DNA of 64,000 nt. Origin: an uncultured Verrucomicrobiae bacterium. GTDB taxonomy: Bacteria; Verrucomicrobiota; Verrucomicrobiia; Chthoniobacterales; Chthoniobacteraceae. Below are positions 8,549-18,107 of this stretch, piece by piece. A program made the position numbers and the translations under genes. How positions within the stretch are numbered: the stretch's first letter is position 1; each line of letters opens with the position of its first letter. The notes beneath the pieces are model-generated. The model did no database searches, was not told the origin of the DNA, and worked only from the letters and a program-made list of their open reading frames with translations. The DNA lies in contig CAWIKF010000002.1 of assembly GCA_963836755.1 (NCBI GenBank), forward strand, positions 928,001 through 992,000. Reading direction: 5' to 3'.

Positions 8549-10722
8549 TGAAGTCAAAAAAATCCTGCCTGATTGTTTCGATGACCGTTTTGAACCTCGC
8601 CATTCTCGGCGAATCGCTCCGCGCACAGGACAGCACGCCGGCGGTAAATTCCTCGCGAAATTCCGCGCGAACGAAATTGGAAAAGCCGATTCTCGATGAA
8701 GATACTGGCGCGACCGAACTGCCGGAGGTCGATGTGGTCGCGAAGCTCGACGCGGCGCGCAACCAGATTTTGCCAAGCCTCGGCGCGACCGCTTATGACA
8801 TTCCGCGCGAGCAGATCGAGAGCCAGTCGGAGGGCCCAAACGCTCCTTTCAACCAGACTTTGCTGCGAGCGCCGGGCGTGGTGCAGGATTCTTTCGGCCA
8901 GCTGCATGTGCGAGGCGAGCACGCGAATTTGCAATATCGCATCAACGACGTGCTGCTGCCCGAGGGGATCACAGGCTTCGGCCCGGAACTCGACAGCCGC
9001 TTCATCGACAGCCTGCAATTGGTCGACGGGGCGCTGCCCGCGCAATACGGCTATCGCACGGCCGGCGTGGTGGACATCCATAGCAAAACAGGAGTTGCGT
9101 TGAACGGCGGGCAGGTCGGTGTCTATGGCGGGAGCTATGATACGATTCATCCGAGTCTGGAATACGGCGGCACGTCCGGCGCGTTGAGCTACTACTTTGA
9201 TCTCAACTATCTGCACAGCGATTTGGGAGTGGAGAATCCTACTTCCAGCGAACGGCCGCTGCATGATTACACGGACCAATACAAAGGTTTCGCCTACCTC
9301 TCCTATATCATCGATTCCAGCAGCAGACTTAGCTTCTTCGGCGGCACATCCTATTCGGACTTTCAAATTCCGGACAACCCTAACCAGCCCACAGGGTTCA
9401 TCGATCGCGGCAGGACTGATTTCAACTCCGCGCTATTGGATGAGAACCAGCATGAGAACAATGACTACGCGGTGCTGGCTTATCAAAAATCGGCTGGTGC
9501 TCTCGACTTCCAGGCAGCAGTTTTTGAAAGATACAGCGCGTTGTTGTTCACGCCTGATTCAACAGGTGACCTTCTCTTGAACGGCGTGGCGAGCCGCGTG
9601 GACCGGAGCATCATCACGCATGGGTTGGAAGTGGACGCGAGCTACAAGCTGACGAATGAACATACCTTGCGCGGAGGCATCCTGTTTACCTATTCGGGAC
9701 AGAAGTCTAACGATCCTACTTCTGTGTTTGCCACAGACTCCAGCGGTATGCAGATCAGCGATACTCCTTTCGTGGTCCAGCAGGAGTCTTATAAAGCCGG
9801 ACTTCTTTATGGCTTCTATCTGCAAGATGAGTGGAAGATCCTGCCGCCTCTCACCATAAACTTCGGCGGACGCTTCGACGTGGTCGATGAATATGACCAC
9901 GAGTCGCAACTGAGCCCTCGCGTGAACCTGACTCTCCAAGCCACGCGCAGCACAGTGTTGCACGCCGGCTACGCGAGATACTTCACTCCGCCACCGCTGG
10001 AAAATGTGCAAGCTGGCGACGTCAAGAAGTTTGCGAACACAACGAACGCGCCGGAAACTTTTCAGAACGATCCGGTAAAGGCCGAGCGCTCTAACTACTT
10101 TGACGCCGGCGTGACTCAAACCATTCCCGGCGGTTTCCAAGTAGGATTGGATGGTTACTATAAGTCTTCTCAAAACCAGCTTGATGACGGGCAGTTCGGA
10201 TCAGCTCTCGTCGTGTCTCCATTCAACTATCGCAAAGGCGAGATCTATGGAATTGAACTGACGACCACCTATACGCACAAAGGTTTCTCGGCTTATGGAA
10301 ACTTTGCCTTCTCGCGGGCAAAGGGGGAAGATATTGACTCAGCACAGTTTCTCTTCGGCCAGGATGAGCTGGCCTATATCAAGAACCATTACATTTTCCT
10401 CGATCATGATGAAACATTCGCGGCTTCCGCTGGTGCATCCTACTCTTGGGATAATACAAGGCTTTACGCCGACTTGATCTATGGCAGCGGCTTACGGCAA
10501 GGCTTTGCAAATACACAACGGCTGGAGGCTTATTGTCCGTTGAACCTGGGCATCGAACAAAAGATTAAGATGACCGCATTTGGCGCCTTTAAGCTCCGTT
10601 TCGATGTTGTGAACATCTTTGACCAGAGCTACGAAATTCGTAGCGGCTCGGGAGTCGGCGTCGGCGCGCCGCAGTTTGGGCAACGACGCGGCTTCTATGG
10701 CGGCGCAAGTTTTGAGTTTTAA
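8548..10722 (+). CDS. TonB-dependent outer-membrane receptor
   Basis: Signal peptide, TonB-box-like EVDVVA, plug region (LLRAPGV..HVRG), YLQDEWK, LSPRVNL, NIFD, C-terminal F; followed by exbBD-tonB. Confidence 0.93.
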   Translation: MKSKKSCLIVSMTVLNLAILGESLRAQDSTPAVNSSRNSARTKLEKPILDEDTGATELPEVDVVAKLDAARNQILPSLGATAYDIPREQIESQSEGPNAPFNQTLLRAPGVVQDSFGQLHVRGEHANLQYRINDVLLPEGITGFGPELDSRFIDSLQLVDGALPAQYGYRTAGVVDIHSKTGVALNGGQVGVYGGSYDTIHPSLEYGGTSGALSYYFDLNYLHSDLGVENPTSSERPLHDYTDQYKGFAYLSYIIDSSSRLSFFGGTSYSDFQIPDNPNQPTGFIDRGRTDFNSALLDENQHENNDYAVLAYQKSAGALDFQAAVFERYSALLFTPDSTGDLLLNGVASRVDRSIITHGLEVDASYKLTNEHTLRGGILFTYSGQKSNDPTSVFATDSSGMQISDTPFVVQQESYKAGLLYGFYLQDEWKILPPLTINFGGRFDVVDEYDHESQLSPRVNLTLQATRSTVLHAGYARYFTPPPLENVQAGDVKKFANTTNAPETFQNDPVKAERSNYFDAGVTQTIPGGFQVGLDGYYKSSQNQLDDGQFGSALVVSPFNYRKGEIYGIELTTTYTHKGFSAYGNFAFSRAKGEDIDSAQFLFGQDELAYIKNHYIFLDHDETFAASAGASYSWDNTRLYADLIYGSGLRQGFANTQRLEAYCPLNLGIEQKIKMTAFGAFKLRFDVVNIFDQSYEIRSGSGVGVGAPQFGQRRGFYGGASFEF

Positions 10723-10733
10723 AGCACGCGTCC

Positions 10734-11357
10734 ATGTTGCAAATTTTTCGTGAAGGCGGGCCCGTGATGTGGCCGCTGCTCGTGACTTCGCTGGCTGCAT
10801 TGACAGTGGTTTTCGAGCGGTTGTTTTTCATCGTTCGCATTAAATTCAGCCGCGATTCCAAAGCCGTCGCACAGATTTTTGAAGAAGTCGGACGCAATAA
10901 ATTGGCGGAGGCACAAGCGGCGGGCGAGCGCTCGCGCGACTTCGTGGCGCGCGTGCTCACCCACGCGCTCGAGCATCGCGACATCTCGTTTTCCAATGCG
11001 CTGCTGCAGGCCTCGAGCATTGAATTGCAGCGCTTCAATCGCAGGATTTCCGTGCTGGACACGACGGTGACGCTCGCGCCGCTGCTCGGACTTTTCGGAA
11101 CCGTGACCGGGATGATTCATGCCTTCGGGCTGCTGGGCCCGAATGAACTGAGCGCGCCGACGGCGATCACAGGCGGCATCGCGCAGGCACTCATCGCGAC
11201 TGCGTTTGGGTTGCTCATCGCGATGATTTCGCTGCTGCCTTTCAATTATTTAAACAGTCGTTTGGAACTGGCGAGGCAGGAGATCGAGACGGCGGCGGCG
11301 CAATTGGAAATGATGCTGCTGAAAAATAAAAATTCAGCCACGGATGAACGGGAATGA
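10734..11357 (+). CDS. exbB: MotA/TolQ/ExbB proton channel protein
   Basis: GGPVMWPL, APLLGLFGTVTGMI, GGIAQALIATAFGL. Confidence 0.93.
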   Translation: MLQIFREGGPVMWPLLVTSLAALTVVFERLFFIVRIKFSRDSKAVAQIFEEVGRNKLAEAQAAGERSRDFVARVLTHALEHRDISFSNALLQASSIELQRFNRRISVLDTTVTLAPLLGLFGTVTGMIHAFGLLGPNELSAPTAITGGIAQALIATAFGLLIAMISLLPFNYLNSRLELARQEIETAAAQLEMMLLKNKNSATDERE

Positions 11358-11426
11358 AACACAGATGACGCATTTGAATTCCAAAAAATCCGCGAGCAGC
11401 CGTGTCCATCGGCGGTCCAAAAATCC

Positions 11427-11849
11427 ATGACGCCGATTCCTTCTCCGCGCAGCAAGCGTCGCGCGCGGATCGAGATCATCCCGCTGATCGACATCATTTT
11501 TTTCCTGCTCGCGACCTTTGTGATGGTGTCGCTCTCGATGGTGAAAAATCGCGGCATTGCGGTAAATCTTCCCGCTGCCGCGACGGGCGCGCCGCAGGAG
11601 CATACCGAGTCGGCGACGATCTCGATCCGCGCGGACGGCACGCTTTTTTTCAACAAGCAAGCAGTGGATGAAATTCAGCTCGAAGCCGCGCTGCAGCAGC
11701 TTTTGCGGGAAAACAGCGACCCGCGCATTTATATTCGCGGCGACACCAAAGCGGCATTCGGCAACGCAATCGCGGCGCTGGACGCGGTGCGCAAACTCGG
11801 AATTACGAAAGTCGCGATCGAGACGCAGCCGCCGAACAATCAGCCGTGA
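11427..11849 (+). CDS. exbD: Biopolymer transport protein ExbD
   Basis: IEIIPLIDIIFFLLATF, VNLP, IRGD. Confidence 0.93.
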   Translation: MTPIPSPRSKRRARIEIIPLIDIIFFLLATFVMVSLSMVKNRGIAVNLPAAATGAPQEHTESATISIRADGTLFFNKQAVDEIQLEAALQQLLRENSDPRIYIRGDTKAAFGNAIAALDAVRKLGITKVAIETQPPNNQP

Positions 11850-12538
11850 AAGCGGAGACGGCCGCTGGCTTCGCAGCCGCGGTGATTTGTCATCTGCTGC
11901 TGCTGTTTGGTTTTCGCATCAGCACGCAGCCGCGTCCGCTCGCGATCAGCGAAGACGCTTCGCCCGTGAATGTGCAACTCGTCCAGGCTGCGCCGGAAAC
12001 AGCCGTCGCGCAACCGAAGGCGACCCCAGCGCCTACGCCTTTGCCCGAACCGACGCCGCCGCCCGAACCGCCGCCGACGGAACCAACTCCGCCGCCAGAG
12101 CCAGAGGCAACTCCCGTTGAAAAAGAAAAACCGGTGCCCGCGCCCGAACCTCGCGAAAAAGTTCATCCCGAGCGGCGGTCTGCTGCGACGCGAACGCGCG
12201 TCGAGTCAACGGCCGCAAAAACGGCGACTGCGCATGCAGGCGCGCGATCCGGCGTCAGCACCGATGCGCGGCCGCGATATCGCAGCAATCCAAAGCCGGA
12301 TTATCCGGCTGAGGCGCGATGGCAACATCAGGAAGGCGTCGTGCTGCTGAGTGTCGAGGTGAGCGCTGAGGGACGCGCGGTCGCGGTTTCGCTGAAGCGC
12401 AGCAGCGGCTTTCCGCTCCTCGATGACGCCGCTTTGCAGTCGGTGCGCCGCTGGACATTCGAGCCAGCGCGCGCGGCGGGTCTGCCGGTCGCGAGCCGTG
12501 TCGATGTGCCAGTGCGTTTTTCTTTGTCGGCGCGCTAG
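11846..12538 (+). CDS. tonB: Energy transducer TonB
   Basis: N-terminal TM with His, Pro/Glu linker, YPAEAR..EGVV, SSGFPLLD, WTFEPA. Confidence 0.93.
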   Translation: MKAETAAGFAAAVICHLLLLFGFRISTQPRPLAISEDASPVNVQLVQAAPETAVAQPKATPAPTPLPEPTPPPEPPPTEPTPPPEPEATPVEKEKPVPAPEPREKVHPERRSAATRTRVESTAAKTATAHAGARSGVSTDARPRYRSNPKPDYPAEARWQHQEGVVLLSVEVSAEGRAVAVSLKRSSGFPLLDDAALQSVRRWTFEPARAAGLPVASRVDVPVRFSLSAR

Positions 12539-12700
12539 GCCTGCGCATTTCGTCAAACTGTCACGCGGAAAAATTTGCAGTCGCTGGCAAAGCCGCTCAA
12601 ATGAGCTGAGCGACATGATGGAACCCACGCTGCCCGATTCCGGCAAACTCCGCGCTGCGCGTGAACGTCCTGCCGTGGCCGCTGGTCAAAGGAACGCCGC

Positions 12701-13660
12701 ATGAGTTGGTTCACTTTTCGGTTTTCCGATTTCGCATTTTCTTTTCTCAGCATTTTGTTCGAAGGCATTCCGTTTTTGCTGCTCGGCTCGCTGCTTTCCG
12801 GCGCCATCGACGCGTTCGTGCCGGCGCGTTTGCTGACGAAATTTTTGCCGAAAAATCCCAACGCTGCCATCCTGCTCAGCGGATTGCTCGGCGCGATTTT
12901 TCCGATGTGCGAATGCGGCAGCGTGGTCGTGATTCGGCGTTTCATTCGCAAAGGACTGCCGGTTTCGTGCGCGGTGACTTACATGCTCGGCGCGCCGATT
13001 GTGAGCCCGATCGTGGCGCTGAGCACGCTCGCGGCATTTCGCGGGCAGAGCCCGGTGGTGATGACTTCGCTGCGCTTGTTTCTCGGTTTTTGCGTGGCCG
13101 TGCTCGTCGGATTCGTCGTCCGTTTCATTCCTCACGAAAAACTTTTGCAGCGCCAGGTGATCGAAAGTTTGCCGGAGCGGCGGCGCGCGGCGTTCCGCAT
13201 TGCAGCAGGCTCCGGCGGCGATGCGCCGCTCGATCTCGATGAGGAAAATGGGTTCAAGCAAAAAACTTTTCGCGCGTTGCAGGCGGCTTCGGCGGATTTT
13301 CTCGACGTCGCTTTTTTCTTTGTCATCGGCGCGTCAATCGCCGCGACTTTCAACACAGCAGTCAACCAACAAATCATCCTGCCGCTCGCGACGAACTCGC
13401 TGCTTTCCATCGTCGCGATGATGGTGCTCTCGTTCACGCTCGCGCTTTGCAGCAGCACGGACGCGTTCATCGCGGCGAGTTTTGTGGCGTTTCCGTTTGC
13501 GGCGAAACTGGCGTTTCTGGTCTTCGGTCCGGTGTTCGACGTGAAGCTGTTTTTCCTCTACGGAATTATTTTCCGGCGCTGGTTTGTTGTCAGCCTGCTC
13601 ATTGGACTTTTCATCTTCATCGCCGTAATTTGCACGCGGATCGCCGTCTTGAAATTATGA
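12701..13660 (+). CDS. UPF0718/DUF318 permease (YcgR/YraQ-like)
   Basis: EGIPFLLLG, PMCECG, LCSSTDAF, FGPVFD; multiple TM segments. Confidence 0.85.
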   Translation: MSWFTFRFSDFAFSFLSILFEGIPFLLLGSLLSGAIDAFVPARLLTKFLPKNPNAAILLSGLLGAIFPMCECGSVVVIRRFIRKGLPVSCAVTYMLGAPIVSPIVALSTLAAFRGQSPVVMTSLRLFLGFCVAVLVGFVVRFIPHEKLLQRQVIESLPERRRAAFRIAAGSGGDAPLDLDEENGFKQKTFRALQAASADFLDVAFFFVIGASIAATFNTAVNQQIILPLATNSLLSIVAMMVLSFTLALCSSTDAFIAASFVAFPFAAKLAFLVFGPVFDVKLFFLYGIIFRRWFVVSLLIGLFIFIAVICTRIAVLKL

Positions 13661-14493
13661 CGAAAATTTTCAATCGCTGGCTGCCATGCGCGACGCTTTT
13701 CGCGTGGAGCGCCATTTTGCTCGCGTTTTATTTCAGCGGGCGGATCGCCTCATTTTTGCATCCAACTTTTCGCCCCGGCGTGCTGCTGGCTGGCTGCGCA
13801 ATGCTCGTGCTCGCGGCGTCGTTCGCATTTTTGCCGGGCGTCGCCGCTTGCTGCGATGAGGAAAATTGCGGGCATCCGTTCGGACGGATGACATTTGGCC
13901 GCGTGCTCACGTTTTTGATTTTGCTGCTGCCCATTGGGACCGCCGCTTTTTTTTCACCGACGAATTTCGGCGCGACGACGATCGAAAATCGCGGCGTCAT
14001 CACGGATGCAAAAAGTCTCGTCAGCCGCACTCCGCAGTCCGTTTACGCAGAGCCGGCAATGCCGACCAAAAGCGGCGCGCCAGCGGCGCCGGAGCAGGCG
14101 GCAGCCGCATCGGATTTGCTGCCGAAGAGCAAGGACGGCAACGTGAAGGTGGAGGTGATCGACCTTTTATACGCAGCTCAGGATCCAACGCTGCGTCTGG
14201 ATTTTGAGAACAAAAAAGTCGAGCTGATCGGCCAGCTGATGCCGGACAATGTCAGCAACGCGAGCGGCAATCGCTTTAAGTTGGTGCGGATGCTGATGGT
14301 TTGCTGCGCGGCCGATGCGCGACCGGTAGCGGCACTGATTGAGAGCAAGAAAAAGCCGGATGCAGCGGAGATGGGCTGGATCAAAGTCGTCGGCACTGCG
14401 ACTTTTCCGTTTGAAAGCGGTCGACCGATTGCGGTCGTGAAGGCCGATTCCGTCGTGCCTGTCGATCCTCCACAGGAGACGATGCTTTACTGA
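13657..14493 (+). CDS. TIGR03943/DUF1980 putative permease partner (YcgQ-like)
   Basis: Three TMs, CCDEENCGH loop, RMLMVCCAADA, GWIKVVG; ATGA overlap with the permease. Confidence 0.8.
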   Translation: MTKIFNRWLPCATLFAWSAILLAFYFSGRIASFLHPTFRPGVLLAGCAMLVLAASFAFLPGVAACCDEENCGHPFGRMTFGRVLTFLILLLPIGTAAFFSPTNFGATTIENRGVITDAKSLVSRTPQSVYAEPAMPTKSGAPAAPEQAAAASDLLPKSKDGNVKVEVIDLLYAAQDPTLRLDFENKKVELIGQLMPDNVSNASGNRFKLVRMLMVCCAADARPVAALIESKKKPDAAEMGWIKVVGTATFPFESGRPIAVVKADSVVPVDPPQETMLY

Positions 14494-15087
14494 CTAGTGG
14501 TCGGGAGTCTCGGGCGGGGTCACATTACCCGTCGTCGGGTTGCTCCCAGCCGAGCCGGACTGAGTCAGGAAAACGTCCGGGGAATTCGTCGTGGTCGCAG
14601 TCGTCAAACCGAAGGGAACGTTGCTTCCGCCGCCACCGCCGTTCGTGGTGAAGAGAATCTCCGCGATTTGAGTGGCATTGCCTTCAGCGATTGGCGGGAG
14701 ATTGGGATGTTCGGCAGACCAGCGAAGTGCGCGCATCAGTTTCCTGTTCAAATCTGCATTCAAGGTCGGGTCGGCCTCCATGCTGGCGTGCACGATAAGG
14801 ACGACCGCGTCAGGATTCACTACGCCATCCGGCGAAACCGCCGGCGCACGCACCGCGACCCGCACAAGCTCCTGAGCGACGTCGACTGGGACATCGTGAT
14901 TTTTTAAAGCCGCATAAACGGCCGCTGCCAGTTGCTTTACAGTCGCATGGGCGATCGTCACATGCTTCGGCAAAGCTCCTTGTAGCAACGCGGTCGCTTG
15001 TTCCGTGGTAGTCGCGGCATGGACCGGAATGAGGTTCGCCAAAAGCATCAGGCAGACGAAAAGACAGTTTTGTTTAATTTGTCGCAT
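14494..15087 (-). CDS. Hypothetical secreted protein with G/S/T/P-rich tail
   Basis: Signal peptide ending VHA-ATT; low-complexity C-terminus. Confidence 0.65.
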   Translation of the reverse strand: MRQIKQNCLFVCLMLLANLIPVHAATTTEQATALLQGALPKHVTIAHATVKQLAAAVYAALKNHDVPVDVAQELVRVAVRAPAVSPDGVVNPDAVVLIVHASMEADPTLNADLNRKLMRALRWSAEHPNLPPIAEGNATQIAEILFTTNGGGGGSNVPFGLTTATTTNSPDVFLTQSGSAGSNPTTGNVTPPETPDH

Positions 15088-15194
15088 AAATTTGAAGGTG
15101 GAGGCCCAGCACGACCCGAGGTCGCGCGCGAGTGAAATCTTTCATGTTTGCCCCGAAAAGCAAGCTCTTTTTCCGCACAGCTGGTTCACGCGGA

Positions 15195-16085
15195 TCAAAA
15201 TCGGCGGATGAAATTCTGCACGCGCTTTGCGAATTTTCTGCGCACCTCCACGAACACTCCTCCGCGCCTTCTCCATGCCCGTTTGCGCGCCGTGTTCGCG
15301 GTTTGCTTCCCTTCATTCCACGAAAAATCCGGATGATTCCGCGGATTGCCGGTCGGCGGCACTTGCAACCCGATGATGTAAGCGAGCCGCTCCTCGCTCG
15401 ACTGGTTGGGCCCCGCGTGGTGCAGCGTCCGGCAATGGTGCACGCTCGCGGCGCCGAGCGGCAGCGGACAGCAGACAGCCTTCGTCTCCTCGATCTCCGC
15501 CGCGCATTCCAACGTGTGCACACGCACGTTCCCTTCGGGCGAGCGGTGAGGCAGCACAGGTGCCGTGTGGGTTTTCGGTAAAAATTCCATGCAGCCGTTC
15601 AGCGGACCGACCGGCTGGAGCGGCATCCAGATGCTGATTTCCTGATAGCCGGGCGGATAGTCGCGGCGAAATGCTTCGTCCTGATGCCACGGCGTAGGCG
15701 CACCGTAACCGGCTGGTTTCAAAATAGCGTGCTGAAAATTCAGCTCCGCGCGCGGCCCGAGCAAATGCCGGGCGATCGCGAGGCAATTGACGCTGAAGAG
15801 TGTCTCCGTTAATTCCGGCGCGAAAAATTGCGGATTGATGATCTGCGGCGAACGCGCAGGCGCATCGTCGTCATCGGTGCCGACCATGTCGAATTGCGCG
15901 CCTTGCTCGCGACCGACTTTTTCCGCGAACAAATGGCGGAAAATCTGACGCAATTGCGCGATCTCTTCTTCGGTCGTGATCGGGTTCACCACGAGAAAAC
16001 CGTTTTCGTGAAACGATTGCACGTCCGCTTCAGAAAGCTGCACGGTCGGCTGTCGCGAAATTTTCCTGGAGAGCAAAGGCTTCAT
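15195..16085 (-). CDS. PhyH-family Fe(II)/2-oxoglutarate dioxygenase
   Basis: FHENGFLV, TPWHQD, WMPL..NGCM, HHCRTLHHAGPN..R. Confidence 0.88.
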   Translation of the reverse strand: MKPLLSRKISRQPTVQLSEADVQSFHENGFLVVNPITTEEEIAQLRQIFRHLFAEKVGREQGAQFDMVGTDDDDAPARSPQIINPQFFAPELTETLFSVNCLAIARHLLGPRAELNFQHAILKPAGYGAPTPWHQDEAFRRDYPPGYQEISIWMPLQPVGPLNGCMEFLPKTHTAPVLPHRSPEGNVRVHTLECAAEIEETKAVCCPLPLGAASVHHCRTLHHAGPNQSSEERLAYIIGLQVPPTGNPRNHPDFSWNEGKQTANTARKRAWRRRGGVFVEVRRKFAKRVQNFIRRF

Positions 16086-17986
16086 TTTTCCAGCCCCAAT
16101 TCCTGTCGGCCGACACGTTCGATGGAAGTGCTGCTGAGGCGATTTCCTTTTTCATACGCGGCGTTCGCATCCGCGGTGCGCCCCATCGCGGCGAGGTGGC
16201 TGCCGTAATAACCGTAAAGCACGCCAAGGTTCGGATCAGCCTTCAGTGCCGCGTCATAGAGATCTTCGGCCTCGGAAAATTCTCGCAGCCCGTCGAGAGA
16301 TTGCGCGCAGCGGATGAGCAAGTTTTCGTCGTCGGGAAAAAGTTTCAGTCCTTTCTGATACGCGTCGACCGCATCTTCATAATACGAATCGCGAATTGCG
16401 CGTCCAACGGTGGAAAGCGCCAGCGCGCGGTTCGCCTCGCCGACGTAGAAATAAAGGAACGGATTCAACCTGCTGCCTCCGCTCCATTCGACGAGTCGCT
16501 CCATGAGCCCCGGATTGTCGGGAATCTCACCGAGCGCGATGTGAGCATCATCCATTGAACCAAAGTCATTGCCGTCGCGCAATTCCACTCTCGCTTTCTC
16601 CGTGAAATATTCCGCAGGAATTTTCGGCAGTGCCGCCACGCCAATCCAGAGCCCGAGCAGCGGCAGCGCAAAACGAAACAGCGGCGCAATGCGCGCCGGC
16701 GAATCATCTTCCCGTCCAAAACCGGGATTCGCGATGATTCCGAAAACGAATGCGTAAAAAAGCGCGTTTCCCGGAATGTGCATGTTGAAATCCACTACCG
16801 AATGCACCGCGAGCGCCACGACTGCGGAGAGTGAGCCGACGACCAGCGCGAAACTATCGCTCAACGGATAGTAAGACGGAAGCAAACGCTTGCGTATCAA
16901 AAGTAAGTAAGCGCGCCAGCCGTTGCGCACGTGCATCACGAGGAAAAAAATCATGGCCGTGGCGCCAATGAGCCCGTATTCCGCGAGCAGCTCGAGATAG
17001 TCGCTATGCGCATGCACCGGATCCGTTTGAATCTGCATTCGCCGGAACAGCCGCCCATAAATCAAATGCGTGCCCGAACCCGTGCCGACGAGCGGCGACA
17101 TGCGAAACTGATCCCACGCCGCCTGCCAGTTATAAAGCCGCACATCGTGCGCGACCATCGTCCGCATCCGCTCCGAGAGCAGCGAGCTATGAAACATGAG
17201 AAACGCGGCCATCCCAATCAGCAAGACGAGCGCCACCAGGAGCGAAATCCCGATCAGCCAAAACCGCGGCCGACTTAAAACCCGCACCGCGTAAAGGCTC
17301 AGCGCCGAAAACGCCAGCAGCGAAAAAATCGTGCTGAAATAACTTCCGCGACTTCCGCTAATCGCCACACCCAGCCAGCAAAAAATCGCGACATATCCCG
17401 CGAAAATTTTCGCCCAGAGACGCCATTTGGACCAAACAGTCAGGCTCAGCGCAAAGATGCCAATCGCCTCAATGAAGCCGCCAAAATGATTTGGGCTGAC
17501 GAACATTCCGCTGGCACGCCGCCCATTTTCGGCGCGGATCAAACCGAACAGCATGAAATTATTTCCGTGCGTGAACTGCACCGCGCCGACCCACACCTCC
17601 GCGATCGCCAGCGCGAAAAGCACCGCCAGCAAAATCATCCGATCTGTCGCCCGCGTCACATAAAAAGCGGTCAGCCCGTAAACCATCAGGCACCCGCCCA
17701 TCCGAAAAAAATCGGGCAACGCCAGCTCATGCACCGGAGAAAAAGCGCTCCGCACAAAAACCACCGCACCGAGCAGCGCCGCGCCGCCGAGGCAGAAAGC
17801 ACATGGCGCGACTTTTTTGCGCCGCAGGGAAAAAACCGTCAGCGCCGACGCCAGCGCCAGCAGTCCGTAGCACGGCAGGCTGAAAATCAAAAGCGTGCCG
17901 CCCATCATGCACTGAATCGCCACGAACGTGAGCGCGAGAAGGAAAAGGTAAATGGAATTCACAAACCGAGCGGAGGCCGCCGTCAA
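16082..17986 (-). CDS. O-antigen ligase (Wzy_C)-family membrane protein with C-terminal TPRs
   Basis: About 12 TMs; RASGMFVSPNH, SGSRGS, GTGSGT, HAHSDYLELLAEYG, HSVVDFNMH; TPR-like helical C-terminus. Confidence 0.85.
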   Translation of the reverse strand: MTAASARFVNSIYLFLLALTFVAIQCMMGGTLLIFSLPCYGLLALASALTVFSLRRKKVAPCAFCLGGAALLGAVVFVRSAFSPVHELALPDFFRMGGCLMVYGLTAFYVTRATDRMILLAVLFALAIAEVWVGAVQFTHGNNFMLFGLIRAENGRRASGMFVSPNHFGGFIEAIGIFALSLTVWSKWRLWAKIFAGYVAIFCWLGVAISGSRGSYFSTIFSLLAFSALSLYAVRVLSRPRFWLIGISLLVALVLLIGMAAFLMFHSSLLSERMRTMVAHDVRLYNWQAAWDQFRMSPLVGTGSGTHLIYGRLFRRMQIQTDPVHAHSDYLELLAEYGLIGATAMIFFLVMHVRNGWRAYLLLIRKRLLPSYYPLSDSFALVVGSLSAVVALAVHSVVDFNMHIPGNALFYAFVFGIIANPGFGREDDSPARIAPLFRFALPLLGLWIGVAALPKIPAEYFTEKARVELRDGNDFGSMDDAHIALGEIPDNPGLMERLVEWSGGSRLNPFLYFYVGEANRALALSTVGRAIRDSYYEDAVDAYQKGLKLFPDDENLLIRCAQSLDGLREFSEAEDLYDAALKADPNLGVLYGYYGSHLAAMGRTADANAAYEKGNRLSSTSIERVGRQELGLEK

Positions 17987-18107
17987 AAAAAAACAGCTTT
18001 GGAACGAAATGCAAGATTGCCGAAAAAGTTTTGCGAGCGTCGTTCGACTTTTCTATCCGTTAAACAAAAGCCGGTGCGAACTTTGACGCGCAGCGATGCC
18101 GGTTTTT

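Noticed and set aside
12020..12150. Repetitive ccgccgcccgaaccg tract
   Set aside because: Ordinary Pro/Glu linker of TonB, not a CRISPR or DNA repeat
12574..12590. tttgcagtcgctggcaaa as a third operator box
   Set aside because: Spacing is one base off and the arms match poorly
12615..12704. 29-codon ORF (MMEPTLPD...) whose stop overlaps the permease ATG
   Set aside because: Could be a coupling peptide, but it has no motif or RBS and such short ORFs arise by chance in GC-rich DNA
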